From Octopus vulgaris (lineage: Eukaryota): DNA of 64,000 nucleotides. Shown here one piece after another: positions 1-11,448 of this stretch; position 1 is the first letter of the stretch; every line of letters begins with the position of its first letter. The translations under genes and the position numbers were made by a program. The stretch covers positions 81,406,001-81,470,000 of the forward strand of contig OX597821.1 of NCBI GenBank assembly GCA_951406725.2, given 5' to 3'. The notes beneath the pieces are model-generated. The model saw only the letters and a program-made list of their open reading frames with translations. It did not search any database and had not been told where the DNA came from.

Positions 1-415
1 AATCTTTTTTCTGTACATCAGTAGAGTCAGTCATTTTATGTGGAGCAACAGCCTGAATGTTTATCAAAAAACTGGAATCCAAGCTAGATGGAACTTACAC
101 CGGAATGGTAAGAGCAGTCTTAGACGTGTCTTGGAGATTTGCCTGTTACCACCACTATGACAGAAAGGTGCTTGCACTTTGTAGGACATTGCTGGCATGC
201 TAAACAAGAGCTGGCAAGTGACCTACTGCTATGGATGCCAAAGCATGGCCATACTTGAGCAGGTCATGTGAACATAGTGCATGTAGATCAACTCATCAGA
301 GACACCAGATACTTGCCTGATGACTTCCCTCAACTAATGCAGAACCAAGATGGATGGTGTGTTAGAATTTAAAATGTCTGAGCAAGCTCAACCAGATGAT
401 GATAATCATGATGAA
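1..415 (+). mobile_element. Decayed LINE 3' end (post-RT region)
   Basis: Reads KLESKLDGTYTGMVRAVLDVSW...GHCWHAKQELASDLLLWMPKHG; ends in a (GAT)n tail. Confidence 0.65.
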
Positions 416-453
416 CATGACACATTCATAGAGAATAAAATTATAAAAATTAC

Positions 454-633
454 CTGAAGTATTAAGGGTTCCAGAGAAGAAAATTTGTTCTCAACTCGTT
501 GATAATCAATGGCACCTTTCAACAAGAGAATTTTTGGCTTTGAGACAGTTGTCTGCATTTTCTTGTGAGCAACATTTTTGCTACAAACGACCCCATGGAT
601 GACAGCAGTCTGATTTCTCTGACCTCCAGAAAT
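454..633 (-). CDS. PIKFYVE: PIKfyve coding exon 14, CCT-like domain (ISGG..GVVCSKNVAHKKM..PKILLL..FSSLEPLILQ); gene continues left of the window
   Basis: Fab1 motif KNVAHKKM; ttcttag| and |gtaatt; 180 nt, phase 0-0. Confidence 0.97.
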
Positions 634-1386
634 CTAAGAAGATAATATTTGGAATTATAAACTAGAAAAACTATGCATATGCATGGATATGTATGTGTGT
701 GTGCTTTTACAAACTAATATATAGCAACCAATTGGTAAATTGCAAACACTTTTTTGATCTGAGTCTGAGCAACATCTTAATCCCCAAAATAAAAAAAGTG
801 AAAAAAAAATTTTCCCAAAACCTTCAAAAGATGGTCAAGACCAGAATAATAATTAAAACTTGCATCATGATAGAAACCTTGTAGCCAATTCAAACACAAT
901 CACTTACAACCATTACATGATATGAAGACAAAGAGACAACTACACACACACACACACACACACATTATGCATATTTACATACATATATGTTTGGCGATGT
1001 AAACAAGAAAAACAGATTTCGAAACATGAGTATATATGTTTTTTTTTACTAATAATCAGAAGTTACAGAGGGGCTCAAGGGTTGAGAGTTTCATACTTGA
1101 AACCCTTGGCACTTGAATTACTCTGTAACTTTGGCCAACTATTAATAAGAAGAAAAACATATATACGAACATACATTTCTACATACATATATATCATCAT
1201 CATATTTCTATCTATGAGATCCACTCACAAGGCTTTGCTCAGTCAGGAGCTATAGTAAAAGACTAGAGCCAAAACTGGTTAGGAAGCAACACCTGCATCT
1301 ATATGTAAGTTATTTTACATGAACACTTACTAGTTGTTACTATACACTGAACATCATGAAATTTATAAGCTAAGTAAAATAACTAC

Positions 1387-1567
1387 CTTTTTTATTTGTA
1401 CATATTTCCGTATATCCATGTCATCTCCTTCATTACGTACATCAGGACTTACAAACTGGCTGACTTTGTGGGCTGTTTGCATGATGGTGCCTTCCCAGGA
1501 GAGTGGTAAGCCTTCTTGATTGAGCAACTGGCGCACCAAGTTTGACAGATGTTCCTTATGAACTTTT
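1387..1567 (-). CDS. PIKFYVE: PIKfyve coding exon 13, start of CCT/TCP-1-like domain (LVRQLL..W..VSPDV..DDMDIRKYVQIKK)
   Basis: Diagnostic Fab1 motif DMDIRxYVxIKK; ccag| and |gtagtt; 181 nt, phase 2-0. Confidence 0.97.
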
Positions 1568-2184
1568 CTGGATATAATAAAAGAACCAGCTTATCAATAT
1601 ATTCCTGTGAATGTCAGTTCAAGTACAGTCAAACCTAAATATATACAAATACAGACATACATATACATGGTGGCTGTCTTCTACTCCTCATGCAGAGTCT
1701 GACCACCTACTGTACCTACACCTTAGATCCATCATGGTGTCTGATGTGGTTTTTTAAGATACTAACATAGATTGCATATTCTGATTTGGACCACCAAGAG
1801 CTACAGTTAAGTTTTGATCTTTGTAGATCTTAAAATACACATACATACATGCATGCATATATACATACATATGCAAATACATGCATACACATACATACAT
1901 TGTTCAGTCATCTAACATCTGTTTTTACATTTATAATTTTCTGCAAACAGGTTTTAATCTATACAGAGCTTTACATACAGCATTTTTTTCAGAAATAAAC
2001 TTATTTTGTGGAAAAGGAAAACATGCATGTGAGTGCATCTCTCTCTCCACCGTGTATCCTTACAGGAATGGATTTATAAAAAAATATTCTTGTCAAAATG
2101 CAAAGCATTATTCCTCAGCAAAATCAAACTCCATCTATTTTATATTTAACTTTTTGAATAATATCTTTGAAAACTAAATATTAC

Positions 2185-2568
2185 TCTTTTACTTGTTTCA
2201 GTCATTTGACTGCGGCCATGCTGGAGCACCACCTTTTATGCGAGCAAATCGACCCCAGGACTTATTCTTTGTAAGCCTAGTACTTATTCTATCAGTCTCT
2301 TTTGCCAAACCGCTAAGTTACGGGTACGTAAACACACCAGCATCAGTTGTCAAGCGATGTTGGGGTACAAACACAAACACACACACATGTATATATATAC
2401 ATATATATGATGGGCTTCTTTCAGTTTCCATCTACCAAATCCACTCACAAGGCATTGGTCATCCGAGGCTATAGTAGAAGACACTTGCTTAAGGTGCCAT
2501 GCAGTGGGACTGAACCCGGAACCATGTGGTTGGTAAGCAAGCTACTTACCACACAGCCACTCCTGCAT
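2185..2568 (-). mobile_element. tRNA-derived CORE-type SINE; related copies near 7335-7460(-), 10536-10810(+), 13680-14020(+), 22530-22695(-), 33270-33673(-), 41012-41200(+), 53405-53530(+)
   Basis: A/B-box head (ggctgtgtggtaag...ggttcagtccc), ccttgggcaagt core, internal (CA)/(TA) tract; multiple near-identical copies in the window. Confidence 0.85.
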
Positions 2569-3029
2569 CTATTAAATTTCTTTGTGTCATATTAAAGTTA
2601 CACATGGAAAATGAGATTTACTGGAGTCATTTCCTATAAAAACCAACAGACAGAATAATTTTTTGGTACAACACAATCCAATATTTGAGAAAGTTGGGGA
2701 AATGCTCTTTTATGTAAAGGAGAAATAAGAAGCATCTTAGTTAAATGTAATGCTATAAGAAAACATAATACTAAAGCTAGAAAAATAAAATATTTATAAA
2801 CCCAAAATGAATTATGTAAAACTATTATGATGAGAAGGATTTTGTGAAAAAAATTTTATTTTATTTTTGAATTTTTGGTTAGAATGATTGCAACATGTAG
2901 TGTATTTGAGACTAGATTTGTAAACAGTTACAATTATATAGCCATCTGTGTATCATACTTGATGTAGACACACTGTTTATAGGTCAGTTACAATAGTATT
3001 TGTCCTGCAGTCTATATAAATATACAAAC

Positions 3030-3147
3030 CTTAGCCTATCATATGCCAAACAGTCTTCTTTCTCTCGAAGTTCTTCAGTAGATCGCCACCCTTTGGCACA
3101 GATAATAGGTTCTACAGCATTTCCAGATTTAGACACAAATAATGTAC
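3030..3147 (-). CDS. PIKFYVE: PIKfyve coding exon 12 (TLFVSK...AKGWRSTEELRE...AYDRL)
   Basis: GW..LRE..RL motif precedes the CCT domain; acceptor ttattaaag|, donor |gtttgt; 118 nt, phase 1-2. Confidence 0.85.
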
Positions 3148-3909
3148 CTTTAATAAACAACAAATTAACAAAGAAAACATCAAAACAAAGTATAATACTT
3201 CATACAATACTTCATAGGTCGTTATATTTCCAAAAGGAATTTAAAGGCATTTGAAATATAATTTAAATGACTATAGCATAATTCAAGAGCAAAAAAAAAT
3301 ATTTTTCTTTATATGATAAAAATTATGAAACTTCTAGCAACTAAAAATAAATCTTTGTCATTAATGATGAACTCAAAATAGAGAAAACCATAAATTATAG
3401 CATGTTAGGTTAAAAAAACCTTTGGACAGAGCAGCCTTCAGCTTTTTCTCATCCAAAGGTATTTTAAAATCAATATTTACATCCTGTTATTACTTTATCT
3501 ATTTTAAGTTCCACCATTAGAAAAGCTGTTTATTATTACTCATATAATATCATATGCAGATAATAAGACAATTAGTAGAAAATATTATCTTTATGAGTTT
3601 TAAAGTCTAGATATTGTTATTGGTGACAACTGGCTTTACTAATAAAATTATATCTAAATTTTCATTGCATCTATAAATCACCTGGCAACTTTAAATTTCA
3701 GTTTCTATATCTGGTTGGTTTAGAAAGAAACCTCTGTGTATTAGCATGACCTGTTAAAAATAGCAGCTAAATGTTTTTCATATGACACATCTACAGTCTA
3801 AGGAAAAATATGAAGGGACACCTTTAATGATGTAGTCCTAGGTAAATTACAGGTAAAATCAAGATGATGTGGTAACAGTTGGAACTCCTGATCAGACCTA
3901 TAATAATAA

Positions 3910-4136
3910 TAATGGTTCCAAGTTTTGGCACATGGCTAGCCATTTTGGAGGAGGGAATAAGTCGATTACAACAGCTCCAGTGCTCAACTGGTATTTATTT
4001 TATTGACCCTGAAAGGATGAAAGGTAAAGTTACCTCTGTGGAAATTGAACTCAGAATGTAAAGATGGATGAAATGCCATGAAGCATTTTACCCTGTGTGC
4101 TAACAATTCTGTAGCTTACCACCTTAAATAATAATG

Positions 4137-4195
<59 letters not shown>

Positions 4196-4410
4196 CCTTT
4201 CTACTATAGGCATAAGGCCTGAAATTTAAGGGAGGGGGACAGTCAATTACATTGACCCCAGTGTTCTACTGGTACTTAATTTATTGATCCCGAAAGGATG
4301 AAAGGCAAAGTTGACTTTGGCAGTATTTGAACTTATAACACAAAGATGGACGAAATGCTGCCAAGCATTTTGCCCAGTGTGCTAATGACTCTGTAAGCTC
4401 ACTATCCTAA
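3910..4410 (-). mobile_element. Two tandem Meta-domain-like SINE copies separated by (TAA)n; more copies at 5410-5630, 5640-5825, 6160-6325, 6395-6590, 20640-20855, 21180-21410, 22230-22355 (-) and 17740-17860, 22845-23050, 60010-60140 (+)
   Basis: Shared gagttcaaatt B-box and gcctttcatcctttcggggtc..aagtaccag central domain. Confidence 0.8.
4127..4195. repeat. (TAA)n microsatellite
   Basis: Direct reading. Confidence 0.95.
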
Positions 4411-4432
4411 TGATGATGATGATAATAACAAT

Positions 4433-4810
4433 AAAAGGGTTGATTGCTACCTAGCTAAGATATCAGGATAATAGTGTTCATGGGAACTGCTCATATTATG
4501 TAAAATATTGTCTATGTAATCCCCAAAACATTTTAATCTGTAAACAGTGTTAAAATACTTTTAAACGTATATAACAGCAAACACCTTCTACTGTCAGCTT
4601 CACATCAGACGATCATCTTCTAATCAAATTACTTTTAAAAGAAACTTCAAATTTGCTTATGTTTTGACAGACATTCTCTAGAACAATACCCTGTTCAAAA
4701 CCAAATATATGGCACCCTAGTCACAACACCAACTTGAACTTCTGACTTGCTGTCTCTTAAGGTCTCTGGGTGAGACTTGGAGTCAATTTGTACAAACACA
4801 AAGCAAAAGC
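4433..4810 (+). mobile_element. 3' remnant of R4/Dong-like RLE non-LTR retrotransposon
   Basis: IVFMGTAHI(frameshift)KILSM* C-terminal motif, then 3'UTR ending in (CAA)n; sits among TAA-type repeats. Confidence 0.55.
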
Positions 4811-4842
4811 CAAACAACAACAACAACAGCAACAATAACAAC

Positions 4843-5380
4843 AAATGCCTTGATGCAGTATCAGACAGTGGCTCTCATGGCTTCTGATCTTAACTGATTG
4901 GAAGTGTTATCATGTACATTGTTTTGTCTTGGTATAAAAGATGGCCTACAGCAAATATTCTGCTCAATACCACAGATTTGCTTGTCAGTTGTTTGACTTT
5001 ATCCAGTTGAGCATGTCCCTTAGTGGCTGACGATATGTGCATCTCTGATCACGAGCAAAAGTAGTGGGGGAGCATCATAGCCATGTGTTGAGAGGGATTC
5101 TTTGGGGTTTGAACAATTTACCTCTGGAATATTGGGTGTTTCGTTCAACATCCTTAAGCAACCCTTATTCGGGGACATTTTAAGTGGGATGGGCTACTTG
5201 ACCTGAAGGAAATTCAAACTGGGCCCCATCGGCAAGGTCATGTGCTGTTTATCTTGATATGAGATCACCATGTCACGCATATATGGTTGTGATGCATGTG
5301 CTTAGTAGTCATGATGGGTATACTGGACTTCGTATATTTTACCCCAGTGTCACTTTGATGGCATGCAAAGCTCTCTCTCA
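4843..5380 (+). mobile_element. ~540-bp interspersed repeat; inverted copy at ~42905-43460
   Basis: Clear reverse-complement similarity (e.g. ccccagtgtcactttgatggcatgc vs gcatgccatcaaagtgacactgg); both lie beside (TAA)/(CAA) tracts. Confidence 0.8.
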
Positions 5381-5877
5381 CTCAATAATAATAATAATGA
5401 TAATAATAATAATGGTTTCTGATTTAAGCACAAGACCAGCAATTCTGAAGGGAAGTGGGAGACAATATCTTCACCTCCAGTACTTGCCTGGCACTCTCTT
5501 TTATTAACTCCACAAAAATGAAAGGCAACATTTATCACAGCATGATTTGAACTCAGAATGTAAAGAACTGCAACAAATACAATGAGGCATTTTGCTTGAT
5601 GCTCTAACAATTCTACAAGCTCATTGCCTTTATAATAATGTTTCTGATTTAAGAATGAGGCCAGTGGTTTCAGATAGTTATTTGGTTAAACTGAGCCCAG
5701 TACTTGACTGGAGGCACAAAAGGCAAATTTAATCTCAGAGGGATTTGAAGAGAGAACGTAAAGAACTAGAACAAATACCACAAGACATTTTATCCAATGC
5801 TCTAAAGATTCTACTAATCCACTGCAATGATATCATAATGAAAATGTTTTAAAGAAAGAAAATTCATAGTAACGTAC

Positions 5878-5952
5878 CAGTAAGAAAATCATCTGGGAGT
5901 TCTTGACGACATTTTGGTAAAGCATCAAATTCATTCAAATCTGATGATGAGG
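5878..5952 (-). CDS. PIKFYVE: PIKfyve coding exon 11 (SSSDLNEFDALPKCRQELPDDFLT)
   Basis: ttttgtcttctttccag| and |gtacgt; 75 nt, phase 1-1. Confidence 0.8.
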
Positions 5953-6682
5953 CTGGAAAGAAGACAAAACTTTGAAAATGTAATTGGATTAGATTGTGCA
6001 TAAGCCCACTGCAGGATGAGCGCCTCAGCATGTTCTCTCCACCAGAGAATGGGTTGAGATCACACTGGTTTGATAAGCCTGCTCTTCCACACCAGCTCAA
6101 CATTGTGTGAAGAAGGATGCAATTTTTTACACTCATAAGCATTTTTAAGCAGTAGTTTAAGTCAATTACATCTATCCCAGTGCTCAAATGGTGCTTATTT
6201 TATCAACTCCAAAAGGATAAAAGGCTAAATCAACCTTAGTGGTATTTGAACTCAGAATACAAAGATAGACAAAATACTGCTAAGTATTTTGCTCAGCATG
6301 CTAACAATTCTGCCAGTTCACTGCCTTTACTAAAATGCGTCTTTTTTAAAATGGTAAATCTGAGAAGGACTCTTTTGAAATTTTGTGAAAGAATATTTCT
6401 TATTTCTTTATTGCCCACAAGGGGCTGAACATAGGGGGGACAACCAAGGATAGACAAAGGGATTAAGTTGATTACTGGATGAAAGGTGAAGTCGGTCTTG
6501 GCAGAATTTGAACTCAGAATGTAACGGCAGATGAAATACCACTAAGCATTTCGCCCAGCGTGCTAACATTTCTGCCAGCTTGCCGCCTTCTTGAGAAAGA
6601 ATATTTCTGAATTGGAAAGGGCAGGGTAGTGGAGCTGACTAGATGTTAGCAGGGAGTGAGTACTAGAGAACAACAGATTTAA

Positions 6683-6896
6683 CCCTTTCATGACCAACCC
6701 GGCTGAAACTGGCTCTGAATACAAATGTCTTTTTTTCATAAGTTTTGAATTAAAATCTTCCACCAAACCTTGGTTATAATTTATGTTCCTAACACTAGCT
6801 GAATGATAACTAAGTTATTTTACTAAATTCTTTCTTATATTTAAAGTAATTGAAAGAAACACAGAGCATCTCAAAATAAATACAGTAATGAAAAGG
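6683..6896. mobile_element. piggyBac-type MITE
   Basis: TTAA|CCCTTTCAT...ATGAAAAGG|TTAA; TTAA TSD at 6679-6682 and 6897-6900; decayed relative near 37970-38165. Confidence 0.75.
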
Positions 6897-7299
6897 TTAA
6901 GGAGTACAAATGGGATACACTGCAAATGTTAGGCAAAAGGTAAAGGTGAACATGTTATAATAAAGACATATATGGTTATGATATGTTGTAATATTGTTAT
7001 TTCCATAACTGCATTATAGAAATAACAGAGCTGGTTGATTGATGGGTTGATAAGTTGAGAAGGTGCCAACTAGAATCTTATATATAATCATCATCATCAG
7101 TGTTTTAATAGCCACTGTTCCATGCTTGTATGGGTCAGATGGAGTTTACTGAGGCATATTTTCTAGGGCCAGAGACCATTCCTGTTTCTAAGCATGTTAA
7201 TATAATCCTCATGGCTAGGTATGTTTATGCAGAATATCAGAAATTAATGGCATTCATTTACAATAATCACATAATGTCAAGACAAAGAGATAAAAGCAT

Positions 7300-7333
<34 letters not shown>

Positions 7334-7556
7334 CAGGTTTTCTTTTTTATCAAACCCACTCACAAAGTTAAGGTAAACCAAAGGACTATAGCAGAAGACA
7401 CTTGTGTGAGCTTGAACCCAAAACCATGTGGTTCAGAAGCAAAGTTCTCAACTGTAATGCCTTGTGAGTTACTTTGTTAGTGGGAAACTATACAAAGCCT
7501 ATTGTAAATGTGTGTGTGTGCATGCATGTGTGAGCGTGAGTGTGCATGTGTGCATA

Positions 7557-7590
<34 letters not shown>

Positions 7591-7886
7591 CATGTGCATC
7601 TGTTTCTGAGAAAAAAATTACTGAAGTACAAACTGTCATTTCCCTTGTTAACAGATGTTTTGTTGGCTCACCACTTTTGAAAACAGGAAAAAAAAAAGAT
7701 AAAGACACCTTTGTTTGAAAAACAAGCAAGAGTTAACAACAGGAAGATTGGATCAGCTATAAAACAACATCACAATAATATGTTTGTCTAACTCATGTTA
7801 GCATAGAAAAACACATGTAAAAAAGAGAGAAATAAAGTGTTTTGACAAAGAAACAAGAAACACAGGATTAATGACTAAGAGAGGGG

Positions 7887-8900
7887 CGTAGGGCGACCTG
7901 CTGTGCTTGAGGAGACCTATTGAGTCAAGTACATCAACATTAAAATAAAAATCAAATGGATTTTGTAGTTGTGATACCCGTGCCTGGTGGCAGGTTGGGC
8001 CTCACAGAGGCAATGACGGAATACAGAGACCTCTGAGATATGCTGTGACTGCAAAGACCCAACAAATGAAGTGAGTTCAAGACTCGCAGGACGGTCTGCT
8101 GTACTAACCTTGGATTGTAGGGTGACCTGCAGTGCTTGAGGAGACCTATTGAGTCAAGTTCATCAACATCAAAATACAAATCAAATGGATATTGTAGTTG
8201 TGATACCCGTGCCGGTGGCAGGTTGGGCCTCACAGAGGCAATGACGGAATACAGACACCTCTGAGATATGCTGTGACTGCAAAGACCCAACAAATGAAGT
8301 GAGTTCAAGACTCGCAGGATGGTCTGCTGTACTAACCTTGGATTGTAGGGTGACCTGCAGTGCTTGAGGAGACCTATTGAGTCAAGTTCATCAACATCAA
8401 AATACAAATCAAATGGATATTGTAGTTGTAATACCTGTGCCAGTGGCAGGTTGGGCCTCACAGAGGCAATGACGGAATACAGAGACCTCTGAGATATGCT
8501 GTGACTGCAAAGACCCAACAAATGAAGTGAGTTCAAGACTCGCAGGACGGTCTGCTGTACTAACCTTGGATTGTAGGGTGACCTGCAGTGCTTGAGGAGA
8601 CCTATTGAGTCAAGTTCATCAACATCAAAATACAAATCAAATGGATATTGTAGTTGTGATACCCGTGCCGGTGGCAGGTTGGGCCTCACAGAGGCAATGA
8701 CGGAATACAGACACCTCTGAGATATGCTGTGACTGCAAAGACCCAACAAATGAAGTGAGTTCAAGACTCGCAGGACGGTCTGCTGTATTAACCTTGGATT
8801 GTAGGGTGACCTGCAGTGCTTGAGGAGACCTATTGAGTCAAGTTCATCAACATCAAAATAAATATCAAATGGATATTGTAGTTGTGATACCCATGCCAGT
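7887..8900 (+). repeat. Tandem array of a 228-bp unit (~4.4 copies) derived from an RTE LINE 3' end
   Basis: gtgcttgaggagacc recurs at 7903, 8132, 8360, 8588, 8816; unit contains ttgggcctcacagaggcaatgac, matching the LINE end near 49830. Confidence 0.95.
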
Positions 8901-9200
8901 AGCATGTAAAAAGCACCATCTGAACATGCCGATGCCAGCAACGCCTTGATTGGCATCCATGCCGGTGACATGTAAAAGGCACCAACCGATCGTGGCCATT
9001 TGCCAGCCTCCTCTGGCCCCTGTGCCGGTGGCACGTAAAATGCACCCATCACACTCATTAGGAAGGGCATCCAGCTGTAGAAACACTGCCAGATCAGACT
9101 GGAGCCTGGTGCAGCCTCCTGGCTTCCCAGACCCCAGTTGAACCGTCCAACCCATGCTAGCATGGAAAACGGACGTTAAATGATGATGGTGGTGATGAGA
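8900..9200 (+). mobile_element. RTE LINE 3'UTR / short non-autonomous derivative ending in (GAT)n; copies near 9480-9665, 12370-12645, 31870-32155, 53050-53400 (+) and 23460-23660, 24745-25020, 34520-34740, 34835-35040 (-)
   Basis: Shared ggcacgtaaaaagcacc, ttaggaagggcatccagc and cccatgctagcatggaaaacggacgttaaatgatgat. Confidence 0.85.
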
Positions 9201-9664
9201 GACATATTAGTGTTCAGATTAAAAGAACTGCAATATGGTCACATGACTCAAGATATTTCTACAATGAGATTACAGAAGAAGATTTAGAATCTCTGAGAAA
9301 CTTGAAACTTTAGATTTTAAATCATCAGGTTCATAATCTGTTAATGATTGACATGTCTCAATCATCAACAGCTATTCATGTTAGACCTGAAAAGGCTCAT
9401 GCACAAATTTGCAAAGTAATTCACGGACATCAAACTCAGTTGAAGAAAAGGGAATTATGAAAACCAGACATAAGTGCCAGTGTCATGGGACAGAAAAAAA
9501 AAGCATCCAGAACACAGTGTAGAGTGGTTGGCATCAGGAAGAGCATCCAGCCATAGAAACCAAGCCAAAGCTGATTTGGGGGCCTGAGGCAACTCTGCAA
9601 CTTGTCAGATCCTGTCAAACTGTTCAACCCTGCCAGTATGGAAAACAGATATATGATGATGATT

Positions 9665-9850
9665 GGGGGAGGAGGAGGAAGAAGGTGCGGAGAGAGGGAG
9701 AGGAAGGGAGGAGGAAAGTAGGGGAGGAAGGGAGGAGGAAAGTAGGGGAGGAAGGGAGGAGGAAAGGAGGGAGGGAGAGAGTAGAAGAGTGGGAGGCAGT
9801 AGAAGAGCGGTAGGAAGGATAGGAGGATAAGGGGACGGAGGGGAGGAGAA
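9665..9850. repeat. Polypurine (GGA-rich) tract with ~21-bp internal repeats
   Basis: gaggaagggaggaggaaag(taggg) repeated three times. Confidence 0.9.
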
Positions 9851-9971
9851 GCATGGAAAATCAGATGGTGGAAGTGATTGTAGTGACAATGAAGGAGATG
9901 AGCAAAATGATAAAAAGAAGGAACTAAACTCTATTAATAAAACTAATAATGACAAAATTTGAATCTCTTAC

Positions 9972-10118
9972 ATTTCTTATTTTCAGAAATCCTTGGTTTG
10001 GTTGTAGTCGTCTTGTTTTGAGAGGAGTCAAAGTGGTTTGCATGAACATATAAATCCCCTTCATTGTACTTCTGACTACCAAAGAAATTACTAACCTGTT
10101 GATCATCAGACAATGAGA
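9972..10118 (-). CDS. PIKFYVE: PIKfyve coding exon 10 (SLSDDQQVSNFF...RISENKK)
   Basis: ctctttgtag| and |gtaaga; 147 nt, phase 1-1, open frame; low-conservation linker. Confidence 0.78.
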
Positions 10119-10200
10119 CTACAAAGAGAAGAATGAAGTTTATTATTTTATTTTAATATAAAGCAACAGAAAAATGCACAATTATAAAGAGTAAATAAGT

Positions 10201-10478
10201 GGAGGCACATGGCCTAGTGGTTAGAGCAGCAGACTTGCGGTCGAGGGATTGTGAGTTCGAATCTCAGACTGGGCGATGTGTGTGTTTATGAGCGAAACAC
10301 CGAAGCTCCACGTGGCTCCGGCAGAAGGTAATGGCAAACTTCTGCTGACTCTTTCCTCCTGCATCTTGCAGTTCACCTGTGACGGACCGGCGTCCCATCC
10401 AGGTGGGGAACCTATACGCCAAAGAAACTGAGAAAATCGGCCCTTATGAGCCAGGCATGGCTTGAGAAGGAACAAACA
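10201..10478 (+). mobile_element. tRNA-derived SINE with V-domain-like centre; near-full copy at 59722-60011, decayed relatives near 26770, 35380, 51100
   Basis: ggaggcacatggcctagtggttagagc A-box, gttcgaatc B-box, ggaccggcgtcccatccaggtgggga domain. Confidence 0.85.
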
Positions 10479-10964
10479 TAAAGAGTAAATAATAATCTTA
10501 GATATTCTTTTATGCAAATATTAATAAATCTAGTAGGCATAGCTGTGTGGTTAAGAAGCTTGTTTTGCAACAACATGGTTTCAGGTTCAGTCCCACAGTG
10601 TGACACTTTAGGTAAGTGCCTTCCACAATAGCCCCAATGCTTTGTGATTGAATTTAATAGATGGAAACTGTGTGAAAGCCCATCATATATTTATGTGTGT
10701 GTGTGCGTGTCTTTGTGCTTGTCCCTAACCACCATTTGACAACCAGTGTTGGTTTGTTTACAGCCACATAACTTTGTAGTTTGGCAGAGGAAATCAACAG
10801 AATAAGTATCAATTAAAACCTTCAATGTGGTGCCACATTGCTCATAAAGATAAGATTCCATTTGGCAGATATTTTCTAACTGCTTTACTTGAATTAAAAA
10901 TGGAACCATTGTCAGCAACCAAGTAGAAGACTGACTATTCTGCTGCCATAGTAATTAGTAAAAT

Positions 10965-11305
10965 AAAGGGTATAGAACCCCTTCGGTCATTAATGACGAG
11001 GGATTGCATCTAGAAAGTTTACCTCCAAGGCACAAGTCCTGGCAAGGTTGTTTATGGAAGACCAGCAGTCACCCATGCACACCACCCTCCCCTCCACTCC
11101 ACCGATCTTATCCAAGGGAAAGGCAAAGGCTGATACAGCTTGGCACCAGTGATGTCACAACTCATTTCTACAGCTGAGTGAACTGGAGCAATGTGAAATA
11201 AAGTGTCTTGCTCAAGAATACAGCACACAGCTTGGTCCAGGAATCGAACTCACTACCTCATGGTTGTGCGTTTCACACTCTAACCACTGAGCCATGTATC
11301 TCCAC
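10965..11305 (-). mobile_element. tRNA-derived SINE (separate family)
   Basis: Minus strand reads catggctcagtggttagag...gagttcgattcc then ttcttgagcaagacactttatttc. Confidence 0.7.
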
Positions 11306-11327
11306 TTAATGAATTCCAATTACTTAC

Positions 11328-11448
11328 TGTTAATACTTTCATCTTCATATTCCTTGTTGTTGATTTCTTTTAACCAGGATGGTTCAAAGTTTGTTTCAAC
11401 ACAAGGAGGCATATTAGGAGGTGGCGTCTGTTCCAAAGCATTGGCAGC
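11328..11448 (-). CDS. PIKFYVE: PIKfyve coding exon 9 (AANALEQ...EPSWLKEI...)
   Basis: PSWxKxI motif follows DEP in PIKfyve; tatttcag| and |gtaagt; 121 nt, phase 0-1. Confidence 0.92.

Noticed and set aside
5953-6187. Upstream part of ORF 5864-6187 as coding
   Set aside because: A strong acceptor lies at 5954/5953, and the far end of the ORF runs into a SINE
7887-8900. CRISPR-like array
   Set aside because: Units are wholly repeated with no unique spacers; no cas genes; eukaryotic context
7952-9163. 403-aa ORF as a real protein-coding gene
   Set aside because: It is the antisense reading of a LINE-derived tandem repeat whose unit is a multiple of 3; no recognisable domain
9605-9955. Pro/Ser/Leu-rich ORF
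   Set aside because: Translation of a polypyrimidine low-complexity tract
10201-10275. tRNA gene (also 59722-59795)
   Set aside because: A/B boxes continue into a SINE body present in several diverged copies; no clean cloverleaf
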